Assembly (NCBI RefSeq): GCF_009834535.1
Contig: NC_045698.1
Coordinates: 4,032,001-4,096,000, forward strand
Reading direction: 5' to 3'
Source of the DNA: Camelus ferus
Lineage: Eukaryota
Length of the DNA: 64,000 nt
Part shown: one piece after another, positions 1-11,574 of the stretch
Position numbering within the stretch: the stretch's first letter is position 1
How the letters are laid out: each line of letters begins with the position of its first letter
Position numbers and translations under genes: made by a program
The notes under the pieces: generated by a model
What the model was told of the DNA's origin: nothing
Seen by the model: the letters and a program-made list of their open reading frames with translations, nothing else
Database searches by the model: none

Positions 1-196
1 CCTCACCCCTCTCACTATGCGAGGACACGGTGCGCAGACAACCATCTATGAACCAGGAAGGGGGCTCTCACCAGACATTAAATCTGCTTGTGCTTTGAGC
101 GTGGATTTTAGCCTCCAGAGCTGTGAGAAGTGAGTCTCTGTGGTTGATAGGCCACTCAGCCTACAGTGCTTTTGTTATGAGTCTGAATGGATGAAA
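1..196 (+). mobile_element. MaLR (MLT1A-like) LTR, 3' part
   Basis: Motifs gaggacac..ctatgaaccaggaag..ctctcaccagaca..cagagctgtgagaa..gccactcagcctac..ttttgttat; the same pattern occurs at 9551-9853. Confidence 0.75.
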
Positions 197-1361
197 ATGA
201 GGGAATCTGACCTAATGAGAGGAACCAACAAGACAGATACCCCTGGTAACTGAACTGTGTGTAAGTTGCTAAGTCAGGAGTGAAGGCAGAACCAGCACAC
301 TCGGGAGGCAAGGGCAGCAAATGTGAAGACCTCAAGAAGGGAAAAGCAACAGAACGGAGCAGCTCTGCACATCAGGTGACCTGTGGGCACTGGGTCAGAC
401 CCAGGACTGGTAGGCGTAGTGGTGGGTAACAGGCGCTGTTGGGAGCAGATGCCACAGGCAGAGCTCAGCTTTGTAGGAAGGACCTTGTCTAAAAGCGAGT
501 GCCCAAGGTGGTGAAGCTCCCCAAATGGGTGGCTGGTGTTAACATTTATCAGAGGCTGATTGGTCTTCAAAAGTTTAAGCAGAAGTTGGACCTCTGCTCA
601 TGAATAGAGAGGCATGTTTGAAATGAGACCTCTGGTTCAATTGCAAATCGAAGATTCTGCTTTGATAGGGTCACATGTACAGTTTTCACATGATCATATA
701 CAATATCAAGTAGCGACCATCCATTGTACTGTCACGTGACAGGTGAGCTTGAGAGCTTCTGCTCTCTTCGGTTTTTAAGAGCACATGACACATTGATTGA
801 AGACATGACAAAGTATCTACCACCCCTTCCAGAATGTCCTGTGGACTTGCAGAAGTTACAACACTTTCCCTCTTGGGTTGGAACTGAGCTTTTCTTTGCT
901 TGGTATCCGTGGTGGCTTCCTTCCTGTTTGAGGCAGTGGAGTACCTCGGAAAGAACCATGAAGTGTCGGAGGAGACTAGCTTCTGGTTCAGCCGAACATG
1001 GGCTGTTTAGAACCTAGGGAGGCAGTTTTTTAATATGTAAAAGTGTGAAATTCAGGTGAAATGTCTCAACCTTTCACTGTAACCCAGTTATTTGCACATC
1101 AATCCTACATGATTCCCACGGCAACCCAAAGGGTCCAGACTGGAAGGTTTTAAACCTGAGAGTGTGTGCCTTCACGGGAGCAGGAATGGCCAGCCAGCAC
1201 ATCCACTTGTGAGGAATTTATCTAGAATGAACAGTCTGGATGCACCTGGAACCCTCCAGAGAGATTCTTCCTGTCCCCTCCCTGTGAGGCTGGGTGAGGA
1301 ACTGGTGGATCACAGTTTCCCTCTGAGCTCAGGATTCAAGGATGTCAATTAAAGTAACTTT

Positions 1362-1473
1362 TTCATTACTGAAGTATCATTGATGTATAATATTATATAA
1401 GCTTTAGGTGTACAACATAGTGACTCACAATTTGTAAAGTTTATAGTCCCTTCACAGTTATTATAAAATATTA
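1362..1473 (-). mobile_element. Very short 5'-truncated L1 3' end
   Basis: L1 3'-terminus sequence (gaagtatcattgatgtataatattatataag..ggtgtacaacatagtga) flanked by a perfect 15-bp TSD aattaaagtaacttt (1347-1361, 1474-1488). Confidence 0.8.
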
Positions 1474-4030
1474 AATTAAAGTAACTTTAAATCTAGTGTT
1501 GCACCATTTTCTCTGTGACAGTTGTTTTACAGAATACAAAAATAAAACATTTAATCAGGAATCTGAAAAAAAGTAAAGGTCACTGTAGATCTGTAAGATA
1601 GCCAAGATCTGTGGAAGAATTATGTTCTATGACTAATGCACGATTCTAGTGAGAAAATTAGGAATCTCCTGAGTCTGGCTTCTTCCTTCGCTCCAGTCCC
1701 AATTGAAAACATATCTCTCCACAGAGCCTATGTTCCTGACAACTACCCTGTTATAGAAGAGCATGAATTGAAGAAATTATACAGTAGGTTTAAAATTTCA
1801 ATGTGTTTCTGTCAAAGAAATGAATCCCTAATGGTGGACTTTTTAAAGAACACATCTCCTGGGTGTTTGAGGAGGAGTTTGCTTTGGGACCCTTCCATTT
1901 ACATCTTCTAGTTGTGTCTCCCTGGGAGAGTGCCTGGGACAGGGAAGAAATCTCCCTGTCCACTGACTACCAGGGCTCGAGTAAGCCAGGGACACTCAAA
2001 CTTCCCAACTACCAGATTCAACATGACTTTTCAAGAGGCTTTGGCATTTTCCACCAAGCCAGTGGGGGGGGGGGGGTTGGATATGGACTCAAGATCTGGA
2101 CCCGCCTTCTGTTCGGGTTTGACTCACACCGTGATGTATCCCGGATCATGCCAATTGTTCTGCCCTCCGTGCCTCCTGAGATGTAAAGCTGATGTTTTAA
2201 AGAGTCACTGGATCCTGTCAACTCTGGGCGTTGGGCTGGGCGGCTTCAGTAGCAAACACCAGGCTGACCATGGGGTCTCTGGCTTGGAGGCATTGTTTGA
2301 ACATCAACAACGTAACGCATGACCAGTCTCCACTCTCCTCTCCTGCGTCTGTGCTTCCTGGGCGAAAATAATTGCAAAGAACACCTTTTAAATGTGCAAT
2401 AATGCCTGTATCGCAAGACATAACTCAGCTCACATTTTTGACAGATTCATAATAACTTAGTTAAAAAAGCAGCATGTTGGAAAGATTGTTGTGAGAAATT
2501 GTAATAATATAAAAATGAGGCTGATATAATTACAGGGTTTTATGAAGTGCGCATTCAAGTGCTGTCTTTCCAACCAGAGGGCGGGCCGTGGATGTGGAAG
2601 GCTGATGGACAGATGCGTGTGGGAGAGGGAGCGGTTGTTCCTATGTGGGGAAGGCAGGTGGCACCCTATTAAAGCCTACCTGTTGTGGAACTGTCAGGTC
2701 TTCAAACACTTAGCGTATCTACTCTGTCAAAAAAGTGACAACGAGAAACATTCCAACCAGAGAAGTTTCCCCTAAGGTGTGTGCTTGGGGTCATCGAGCA
2801 CTGAATTTGACTCAGAACTCACCCTTCTGTTCTACTAAATGCATAACCCAGTTCTGTTTCAAGTGTATCTCCCATGAAAGGAGCTTTGTCAAAGAATCAT
2901 GATGCCACTGGGGACTAATTCTTGTGGGAAGATTAAGAATGCTTTGCTTCAGGGATAAGTTACAATGATGAGATAAACATTTTGCATATACTGCTTTGGA
3001 TATTATACAGAGCACTACATATTTACTATTTTTTCTGTGTACTTTGATATTTGTTACTCTAGTATTAGCAGAGATGAAAAATCCAATGTGAAAACTGAGG
3101 AGTGTTATAGAAAATCCAGTTTTCCGTTTGGTGACAGTGAACACATTATGTGAGCTCCAGCAGTACAATGACAGAGGAGGTGAACTTGGCGTCACAGTTT
3201 AGTTCCAGCCCATGTTTATTCCTGAGAGTCTCCCGGGCCATCCACAGGGGTCCTGACCACACAGCACACGTACCGCCAGCCTGAGGATGTTCCTTTAGAT
3301 GAACGGAACCCTCACCTACAGGAGCTAGAGGTGAGGGTGTGCTATAGACTGAATGTTCGCACCCCCTCAAAATTCATATTTAAATGCTGGAGAGGGTGTG
3401 AAGAAAAGGGAACCCTCCTACACTGTTGATAGGAATGTAGTTTGGTGTAGTTGTTATGGAAAACAGTATGGAGATTCCTCAAAACACTGAAAATAGACTT
3501 ACCATATGATCCAGCAATCCCACTCCTGGGCATCTATCTGGAAGGAATTCTAATTCAAAAAGATACATGCACCCCAATGTTCATAGCAGCACTGTTTACA
3601 GTAGCCAAGACATGGAAGCAACCTAAATGTCCATCAACAGATGACTGGATAAAGAAGTTGTGGTATATTCACACAATGGAATACTACTCAGCCATAAAAA
3701 GAATAAAATAATGCCATTTGCAGCAACATGGATGGAACTGGAGATCGTCATTCTAAGTAAGCCAGAAAGAGAAAGAAAAATACCATGTGTTATCACTCAT
3801 AAGAATCTAAGAAGAGAAAAAAGAAGACACTAATGAACTCATCTACAAAACAAAAACAGACTCACAGACATAGTAAACAATCTTATGGTTACCAGGGGGA
3901 AAGAGGGTGGGCAGGGATAAATTTGGGAGTTCAAGATTTGCAAATATGAACTACTACATATAAAAATAGATTTAAAAAAACCAAATGTCTTCTGTACAGC
4001 ACAGGGAACTATATTCAATACCTTGTAATA

Positions 4031-5159
4031 CCAGAGGTTTGTCGATTTTATTTACTTTTTCAAAAAACCAGCTTTTGGTTTGGTTGATTTTTTCTATGGT
4101 CTTGTTAATCTCTATTGTATTTAATTCCTCTCTGATCTTTATTATTTCCTTCCTTCTGCTGCTTTTTGGGGCTTTTTGTTCTTCTTTTTCTAATTCATTC
4201 AGGTGGTGGGTTAAATTGTTTATTTGAGATTGTTCTTCTTTTTTGAGGAAGGCCTGTATCGCTATAAACTTCCCTCTTAGCACTGCCTTTGCTGTGTCCC
4301 ATAGGTTTTGAGTGGTTGTGCTTTCATTATCATTTGTCTTAAGGTATTTTTTAATTTCAGCTTTGATTTCCTCATTGATCCATTGTTTTTTCAATAACAT
4401 ATTGTTTAATCTCCATGCTTTCCTTTTTTTCTCCTTTGTTTCTCTGTTGTTGATTTCCAGTTTCATGGCATTGTGGTCAGTAAAGATGCTTGAGATAATT
4501 TCTATCTTCTTAAAATTGTTGAGGTTTCTTTTGTGCCCAAGTACATGATCGATCCTGGAAAATGTTCCATGTGCACTTGAAAAGAATGTATATCCTATTT
4601 TTTGGGGGTGTAATGCTCTGAAAATATCCACCAAATCTAGTTTTCCTATTGTAGTATTTAATTTCTCTGTTGCCTTGTTTATTTTCTGTCTGGAAGATCT
4701 GTCTAGTGATGTTAATGCAGTGTTAAAATCTCCAACTATGATTGTATTCCCATCAATATCCCCCTTTATCTCTGTTAGTAATTCTTGTATGTACTTAGGT
4801 GCTCCTATATTGGGTGCATATATATTAACGAGTGTAATATCCTCATCTTGTATCACTCCTTTAATCATTATAAAATGTCCTTCTTTATCTTTCTTTATGG
4901 CCTTTGTTTTAAAGTCTATTTTGTCTGAAATCAGTACTGCAACACCTGCTTTTTTGGCTTTTCCATTTGCATGGAATATCCTCTTCCATCCTTTCACTCT
5001 CAATCTATATGTGTCCTTCTCCCTAAAGTGGGTCTCTTGTATGCAGCATATTGAAGGTTCTTGCTTTATTATCCAGTCTGCCACTCTGTGTCTTTTGACT
5101 GGAGCATTTAGTCCATTAACATTTACAGTAATTAATGATAGATGTGTGTTTATTGCCAT
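4031..5159 (-). pseudogene. L1 ORF2p N-terminal part (APE endonuclease), inverted segment
   Basis: Open frame MAINTHLSLITVNVNGLNAP..CIQETH..NIYAPN..GDFNT..SRIDH..TDH..WFFEKVNKIDKPL. Residues after KPL in the ORF track are read-through into flanking DNA. Confidence 0.95.
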
Positions 5160-5563
5160 TTTGAACTTATCTTTGCAGTTGAATTGGTATATCCTCTTTG
5201 TTCCTTTCTTCTTCCTTTTGTGGTTTGGTAATTTTCCTTTGTATTATCATGGATTTTATTTAATTTTTGTGACTCCTTTGTAAATTTTTGGCTTGTGGTT
5301 ACCCTTTTTTATAAATCTATCAACCCATTACTATAACTGTTTTTATTAAACTGATAGTAACATGATCTCAAACCCATCCTACTGTTAAAAAATTTTAAAA
5401 AGAAAGAAAAAAAATATTCTATATTTCCCTGCCTCCCTCTCCCACTCTCAGTGATTTGTATGTCTTCTTTTATAATTTCATGTTTACTTTATTTGTAATT
5501 CATGAGTTATCACCTTTCCAGTTGTGTGTTTCTCATTTCTGTAGCATCCTGCTGCTTTTATGT

Positions 5564-6420
5564 TTAGAATAGCCCTTTCAATATTTCTTTTAGCATGGGT
5601 TTAGTGTTGCTAAACTCCTGCAGCTTTTTTTTGTCTGTGAAACTCTTAATTTCTCCTTCTATCCTCAAGGATAGCCTTGCTGGATAAAGGATCCTAGGCT
5701 GCATCTTTTTTTCATTCAGGGCTTCGAATATATCTTGCCACTCCCTTCTGGCCTGTAGTGTTTGTGTAGAGAAATCAGCTGAGAGCCTTATGGGGGTTCC
5801 CTTGTAACTTACTCTTTGCTTTTCTCTTGCTGCCTTTAGAATCATTTTTTTATCCTTGACTCTGGCCATCTTGATTATGATATGTCTTGGTGTGGGTCTA
5901 TTTGGGTTCTTCCTGTTTAGGACCCTCTGAGCTTCCTGTACTTGGATATCTGATTCCTTCTTTAAGTTTGGGAAGTTTTCAGTCATGATTTCTTCAAAAA
6001 CCTTTTCAATCCCCTTTGATCTTTCTTCTCCTTCTGGGACCCCTATTATGCGAAGATTGGGATGCTTTATATTATTCCATAGGTCCCTTATGCTATTTTC
6101 ATTATTTTTTATTTGCTTCTCTTGTAGTTCTTCTGAATGGGTGCTTTCTATTGCCCTGTCTTCTAGATCACTAATTCGTTCCTCTGCATTATCTAGTCAG
6201 CTTTGCACAGCTATTAGATCATTCCTCATCTCTGTCAATGAGTTTACCCATTCTACTTGGCTCTTCTTTATAGCTTCAGTTTCATTTTTGACATATTTTA
6301 TATCTCTAAACACTATCTCTTTTAATTCCTTCAGCAATTCGATCACTCCATTTTTGAAATCTTGATCTAGTAGGCTATCGATGTCTATTTCATTGATCTT
6401 TCTTTCAGGGGATTTCTCTT
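5564..6420 (-). pseudogene. L1 ORF1p lacking its start, with one in-frame stop
   Basis: Frame reads [54 protein letters not shown] at 6197-6199. Confidence 0.92.
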
Positions 6421-9091
6421 GCCAAACTCACAAAGAAGAAAAAAAAGAGAGCACAAATTAGCAAAATAAGAAAGGAAAATGGAGAAATTACAACAAACAA
6501 AATAGAAATACAGAATATCATACAAGAATATTATGAAAAATTATATGGAACCAAACTGGATAACCTAGAGGAGATGGACAAGTTTCTGGAAACATACTGT
6601 CCACCAAAACTGAATCAAGAAGAATCTGAACACTTGAACAATCCGATCACTAGAAAGGAAATAGAAATAGCAATTAAAAACCTCCCTACAAATAAAAGTC
6701 CAGGACCAGACGGCTTCACCGGGGAATTCTACCAAACATACAAAGAAGAACTCATACCAGTCCTTCTCAAACTCTTCCAGACGATTGAAAAGGAGGGAAT
6801 ACTCCCAAACTCATTCTATGAAGCCACCATCACCCTGATACCAAAACCAGGCAAAGACACTACAAAAAAAAAAAATTATAGGCCAATATCACTGATGAAC
6901 ATAGACGCCAAAATCCTCACCAAAATTTTAGCAAATAGAATCCAACAACACATAAAAAAGATTATACATCATGACCAAGTGGGGTTCATCCCAGGGACAC
7001 AAGGCTGGTTCAACATACGTAAATCAATCAGTGTAATACATCACATCAACAAGAGAAAGGACAAAAACCACATGATCATCTCAATCGATGCAGAAAAAGC
7101 ATTTGATAAAATTCAACACCTATTTATGATAAAAACTCTTGCCAAAGTGGGTATAGAGGGAACATATCTCAACATAATAAAAGCTATATATGACAAACCT
7201 ACAGCCAGCATAGTACTCAACGGTGAAAAACTCAAAAGCTTCCCACTAAAATCTGGGACAAGACAAGGATGCCCACTATCACCACTCCTATTCAACGTAG
7301 TCCTGGAAGTCCTAGCCACAGCAGTCAGGCAAGAGAGAGAAATAAAAGGGATCCAAATTGGAAAAGAAGAGGTAAAAGTGTCATTATATGCTGATGACAT
7401 GTTACTATATATAGAAAACCCTAAAAGGTCCACACAAAAGCTACTAGAGCTGATTGAAGAATTCAGCAAGGTAGCAGGTTACAAAATTAACGTTCAAAAA
7501 TCAGTTGCATTTCTTTACACTAACGATAAATCAACAGAAGAAGAAAGTAAAGAAACAACCCCCTTTAAAATAGCACCCAAAGTAATAAAATATCTGGGAA
7601 TAAATCTAACCAAGGAGGTGAAAGAATTATACACAGAAAACTATAAACCATTGATGAAGGAAATTAAAGAAGACTTTAAAAAATGGAAAGATATTCCATG
7701 CTCTTGGATTGGAAGAATCAATATTGTTAAAATGGTCACACTGCCCAAGGCAATCTACAGATTTAATGCAATCCCTATCCAATTACCCAGGAACATATTT
7801 CACAGAACTAGAAAAAATCATAATAAAATTCATATGGAACCATCAAAGACCTAGAATTGCCAAAGCATTACTGAAGAGAAAGAAAGAGGCTGGAGGAATA
7901 ACTCTCCCAGACTTCAGACAATACTATAGAGCTACAGTCATCAAGACAGCAAGGTATTGGTACCAAAACAGACATATAGACCAATGGAACAGAATAGAGA
8001 GCCCAGAAATGAACCCACAAACTTTTGGTCAACTCATCTTTGACAAAGGAGGCAAGAATATACATTGGAATAATGACAGTCTCTTCAGCAAATGGTGTTG
8101 GGAAAACTGGACAGCAGCATGTAAAACAATGAAGCTAGAACACTCCCTTACACCATATACAAAAATCAACTCAAAATGGATTAAAGACTTAAACATAAGA
8201 CAAGATACAATAAACCTCCTAGAGGAAAATATAGGCAAAACATTATCTGACATACATTTAAAAAATTTTCTCCTAGAAGAAATAAAAGCAAGAATAAACA
8301 AATGGGACCTAATGAAACTTAAAAGCTTCTGCACAGCAAAGGAAACCAGAAATAAAACAAGAAGAAAACCTACGGAATGGGAGAAAATTTTTGCAAGTGA
8401 AACCGACAAAGGCTTGATCTCCAGAGTATATAAGCAGCTCATACGACTCAATAAGAAAAAAATAAACAACCCAATCCAAAAATGGGCAGAAGACCTAAAC
8501 AAGCAATTCTCCAAGGAAGACATACAAATGATCAAAAAGCACATGAAAAAATGCTCAATATCACTAATTATCAGAGAAATGCAAATCAAAACTACAATGA
8601 GGTATCACCTCACACCAGTCAGAATGGCCGTCATTCAAAAATCCACAAATGACAAATGCTGGAGAGGCTGTGGAGAAAGGGGAACCCCCCTACACTGCTG
8701 GTGGGAATGCAGTTTGGTGCAGCCACTATGGAAAACAGTGTGGAGGTTCCTCAAAAGACTAGGAATAGACTTACCATATGACCCAGGAATCCCACTCCTG
8801 GGCTTGTATCCAGAAGGAAATCTACTTCAGGATGACACCTGCACCCCAATGTTCATAGCAGCACTATTTACAATAGCCAAAACATGGAAACAGCCTAAAT
8901 GTCCATCAACAGGTGACTGGATAAAGAAGAGGTGGTATATTTATACAATGGAATACTACTCAGCCATAAAAACTGACAACATAATGCCATTTGCAGCAAC
9001 ATGGATGCTCCTGGAGAATGTCATTCTAAGTGAAGTAAGCCAGAAAGAGAAAGAAAAATACCATATGAGATCGCTCATATGTGGAATCTAA
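6421..9091 (+). pseudogene. L1 ORF2p central and C-terminal part (Z domain, reverse transcriptase, Cys-rich domain)
   Basis: [43 protein letters not shown]; single +1 frameshift near 7792 (extra A in cccaggaacatat); stop at 9089-9091. Confidence 0.96.
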
Positions 9092-10369
9092 AAAACAAAA
9101 ACAAAAACAAACAAACAAACAAAAACAAAGCGTAAATAAAGGACAGAAATAGACTCACAGACAGAGAATACAGACTTGTGGTTACCAGGGGGGTGGAGGG
9201 TGGGAAGGGATAGACTGGGATTTCAAAATTATAGAATAGACTACACTGTATAGCACAGGGAAATATACACAAAATGTTATGATAACTCACAGAGAAAAAA
9301 ATGTGACAATGAGTGTGTATATGTCCATGAATAACTGAAAAATTGTGCTGAACACTGGAATTTGACACAACATTGTAAAATGATTATAAATCAATAAAAA
9401 ATGTTAAAAAAAATACCTTGTAATAACCTTTAATGAAAAAGAATATGAAAATGAATGCATGTATGCATATGTATTACTGGGACATTATGCTGTACACCAG
9501 ATATGAATGCATTGTAATTAACTATACCCCAATTTAAAAAAAACTCACATGTTGAAACCTAACCTCCCAAGTGATGGTTTTACGAGGGGGATCGCATGCG
9601 TGTGGAGCCCACACGAATGAGATTAATGTCCTTATAAAAGAGACCCCAGAGAGCTCCCCTCCATTCACTGTGTGAGGACACAGAGAGAGGATGACAGTCA
9701 GTGGACCAGGAAGGGGGTTCTCTCAGACACTCAATCTGCCAGCACCTTGACCTGGGGCTTCCAGCCCCAGAGCTGTGATAAGTAAGTTTCTGTCGTTTAT
9801 AAGCCAGCCAGACTATGGTATTTTCGTTACAGCAGCCCCGATGGACTAAGACAGGGAGTGTGTGGTGGGGGGGCCACCAGCAAAAAGCTGGGTGGAAGTA
9901 TATAGCAAAGCAGCTGTGAGTGAAGACACAAGTGTCTATCAAATGTCTATTTCTTCACAAGCAAAATGAAGAGAAAGTGCCAGCTTTAGCAAGCCTAACG
10001 CTCTCAAGACCCTCCTTCATGAAGCTGTATTTATACGTTCCTACACTACACATTGCATAAAAAAATAAAATCTTGTTCTCCAAGCAAATGAGCTTCTCTG
10101 CCAATTCTCCATCATTATGAAGGCGGAAAATGAGATTTCTTCACGGTGGTGTGCTTCAGCACTCAGCGTGACTGGTTTCTTCCCAGTGTTGCTAGGATGC
10201 GTGTCTGCATTCAGTCTGTGATAAGATACCTATTTCGTCTGGAGAAACTTCTAGATGATAAGGTCCCATGAATAGCCAGACAGTTTAGCGTCATCTTTTA
10301 TTTCATGTGCTTTTCCCCTTTGAAACGTTCCAGGCATTCTAAGTGGAGGAAGAAGAGTCAGTGAAGAGC

Positions 10370-10810
10370 AGCTTGCCCCGTGATGGGAGAAAGGCCGCCA
10401 TCCCGCAGTCCCAGACCCTTCCTAACCCCACGTAGAAGCCAAATCCTGGACTTGAGTGCTCCGACGCTTTTTTAAAAGTTCACAAACTCTCCTTCACTGA
10501 CCCTGTGACGCATCAAGGGAATTTAGGTCTTTGCTTCTTGTTCGCTCTTTGTTGCTTGCCTTGCACGAGGGGATGAGAAAAGGAAAGCTGCTCCTACTGG
10601 TTCCTGCGTCCGCCCTCTGGGCCCACGCAGCAGCCTCAGCCGGCGCCCCGGAGGCGGACACACCAACCGAGGCAGCACCTCGCTCCCCGGGGCCCGGGCT
10701 GCCCACCAGTGCTGCACAGGGTGGGTGGCAGGTCAGGGAAGCTGCAGACACTGAGAGAGCTTTGTTTAAACGTTGTTGAGCGTTCGCTTTTTTAAGTACA
10801 CAAAATACGC
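10370..10810. promoter_or_regulatory. Small GC/CpG-rich patch, candidate regulatory element
   Basis: About a dozen CpGs in 10560-10720 in an otherwise CpG-depleted window; no repeat family recognised. Confidence 0.3.
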
Positions 10811-11574
10811 AAAAGCAAAAAAGATGTAAGTTTCTAGTGTCTTTTCATCTTCATGTAAGACCTCGGGATGGTCTACAAGTATTTTGAAAGGCAGAGAAGA
10901 TGGCAGCAAAAATGTTGCATTCCCAGGTGCCAGGATTACCTCTGGATTTGCTCCAGGCCCCAGGTCCTTTCTGATCCCAGGCACACAGATCTGGGTCTCA
11001 TCCTTCTGAAACACTAGGACCAGGAAGAAAGACCAGAATAAACCAAAGGGTCCTCCCAGATGGAAAGTCTGCAGAGCTGGAGAGAGGATGACTTCTCAGA
11101 TGCTGTGGGTGGCACAGAATCCAGGCGACTTCCTCGGACCCTCACTGGGACTTAATAGGCACCATTCACAATGACCCAGGGTTGTTCCAGTGAAACATGT
11201 TTGAACTTATTTTGTTCTGAAATAGAGCTGACTTTACAAATCAGTGGCATGAATTGAGGAACTCCCTCTTATTTCCTTCCAATGTCTTTCCAATTATTTT
11301 ATTAGTGAATGACCTTCCACCTTCCAATTAAATATGCACAAAATGGTTTGTTAACCTTTTTATTTCTTTAAAAACCTGCTCTTAAAATGTAACTGCTTTG
11401 GAAAGGTGTAACCACATAAACCTTGGTTATGGTTAGTCAGTCATTTCTGAGAATCGTATAATGGGATTTAAGTCCTAAAATAAATGGGTTACAATTTGCA
11501 AGTAGTTTGGAGGAGGGAGAGGAGATAAAAAATAAAAAGAAATGAAAAGCAGGGACAATTCCTCAATGTTTACT

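Larger units (their letters stand above)
4031..9411. mobile_element. Young LINE-1, 5'-truncated with 5' inversion (4031-6420 minus; 6421-9411 plus)
   Basis: ORF1/ORF2 peptides, AATAAA at 9393-9398, short A-tail, perfect 14-bp TSD aataccttgtaata (4017-4030, 9412-9425). Confidence 0.96.
3381..9543 (+). mobile_element. Older L1 3' fragment (ORF2 C-terminus plus 3'UTR), split into 3381-4030 and 9426-9543
   Basis: ORF track peptide [30 protein letters not shown]; the 3'UTR continues at 9426; A-tail ~9536-9543; degenerate TSD aaaattcatat/aaaactcacat. Confidence 0.88.
3340..9853 (+). mobile_element. MLT1A-like MaLR LTR split by nested L1s (pieces 3340-3379 and 9551-9853)
   Basis: Starts tgctatagactgaatg..caaaattcatat, resumes gttgaaacctaa, ends ggactaagaca; flanks gggtg/gggag form a 5-bp TSD with one mismatch. 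Confidence 0.85.

Noticed and set aside
4675..5283. 202-aa plus-strand ORF and other hydrophobic ORFs at 3985-6365, 7113-7469 and 8029-8589
   Set aside because: Antisense shadows of the A-rich L1 ORF1/ORF2.
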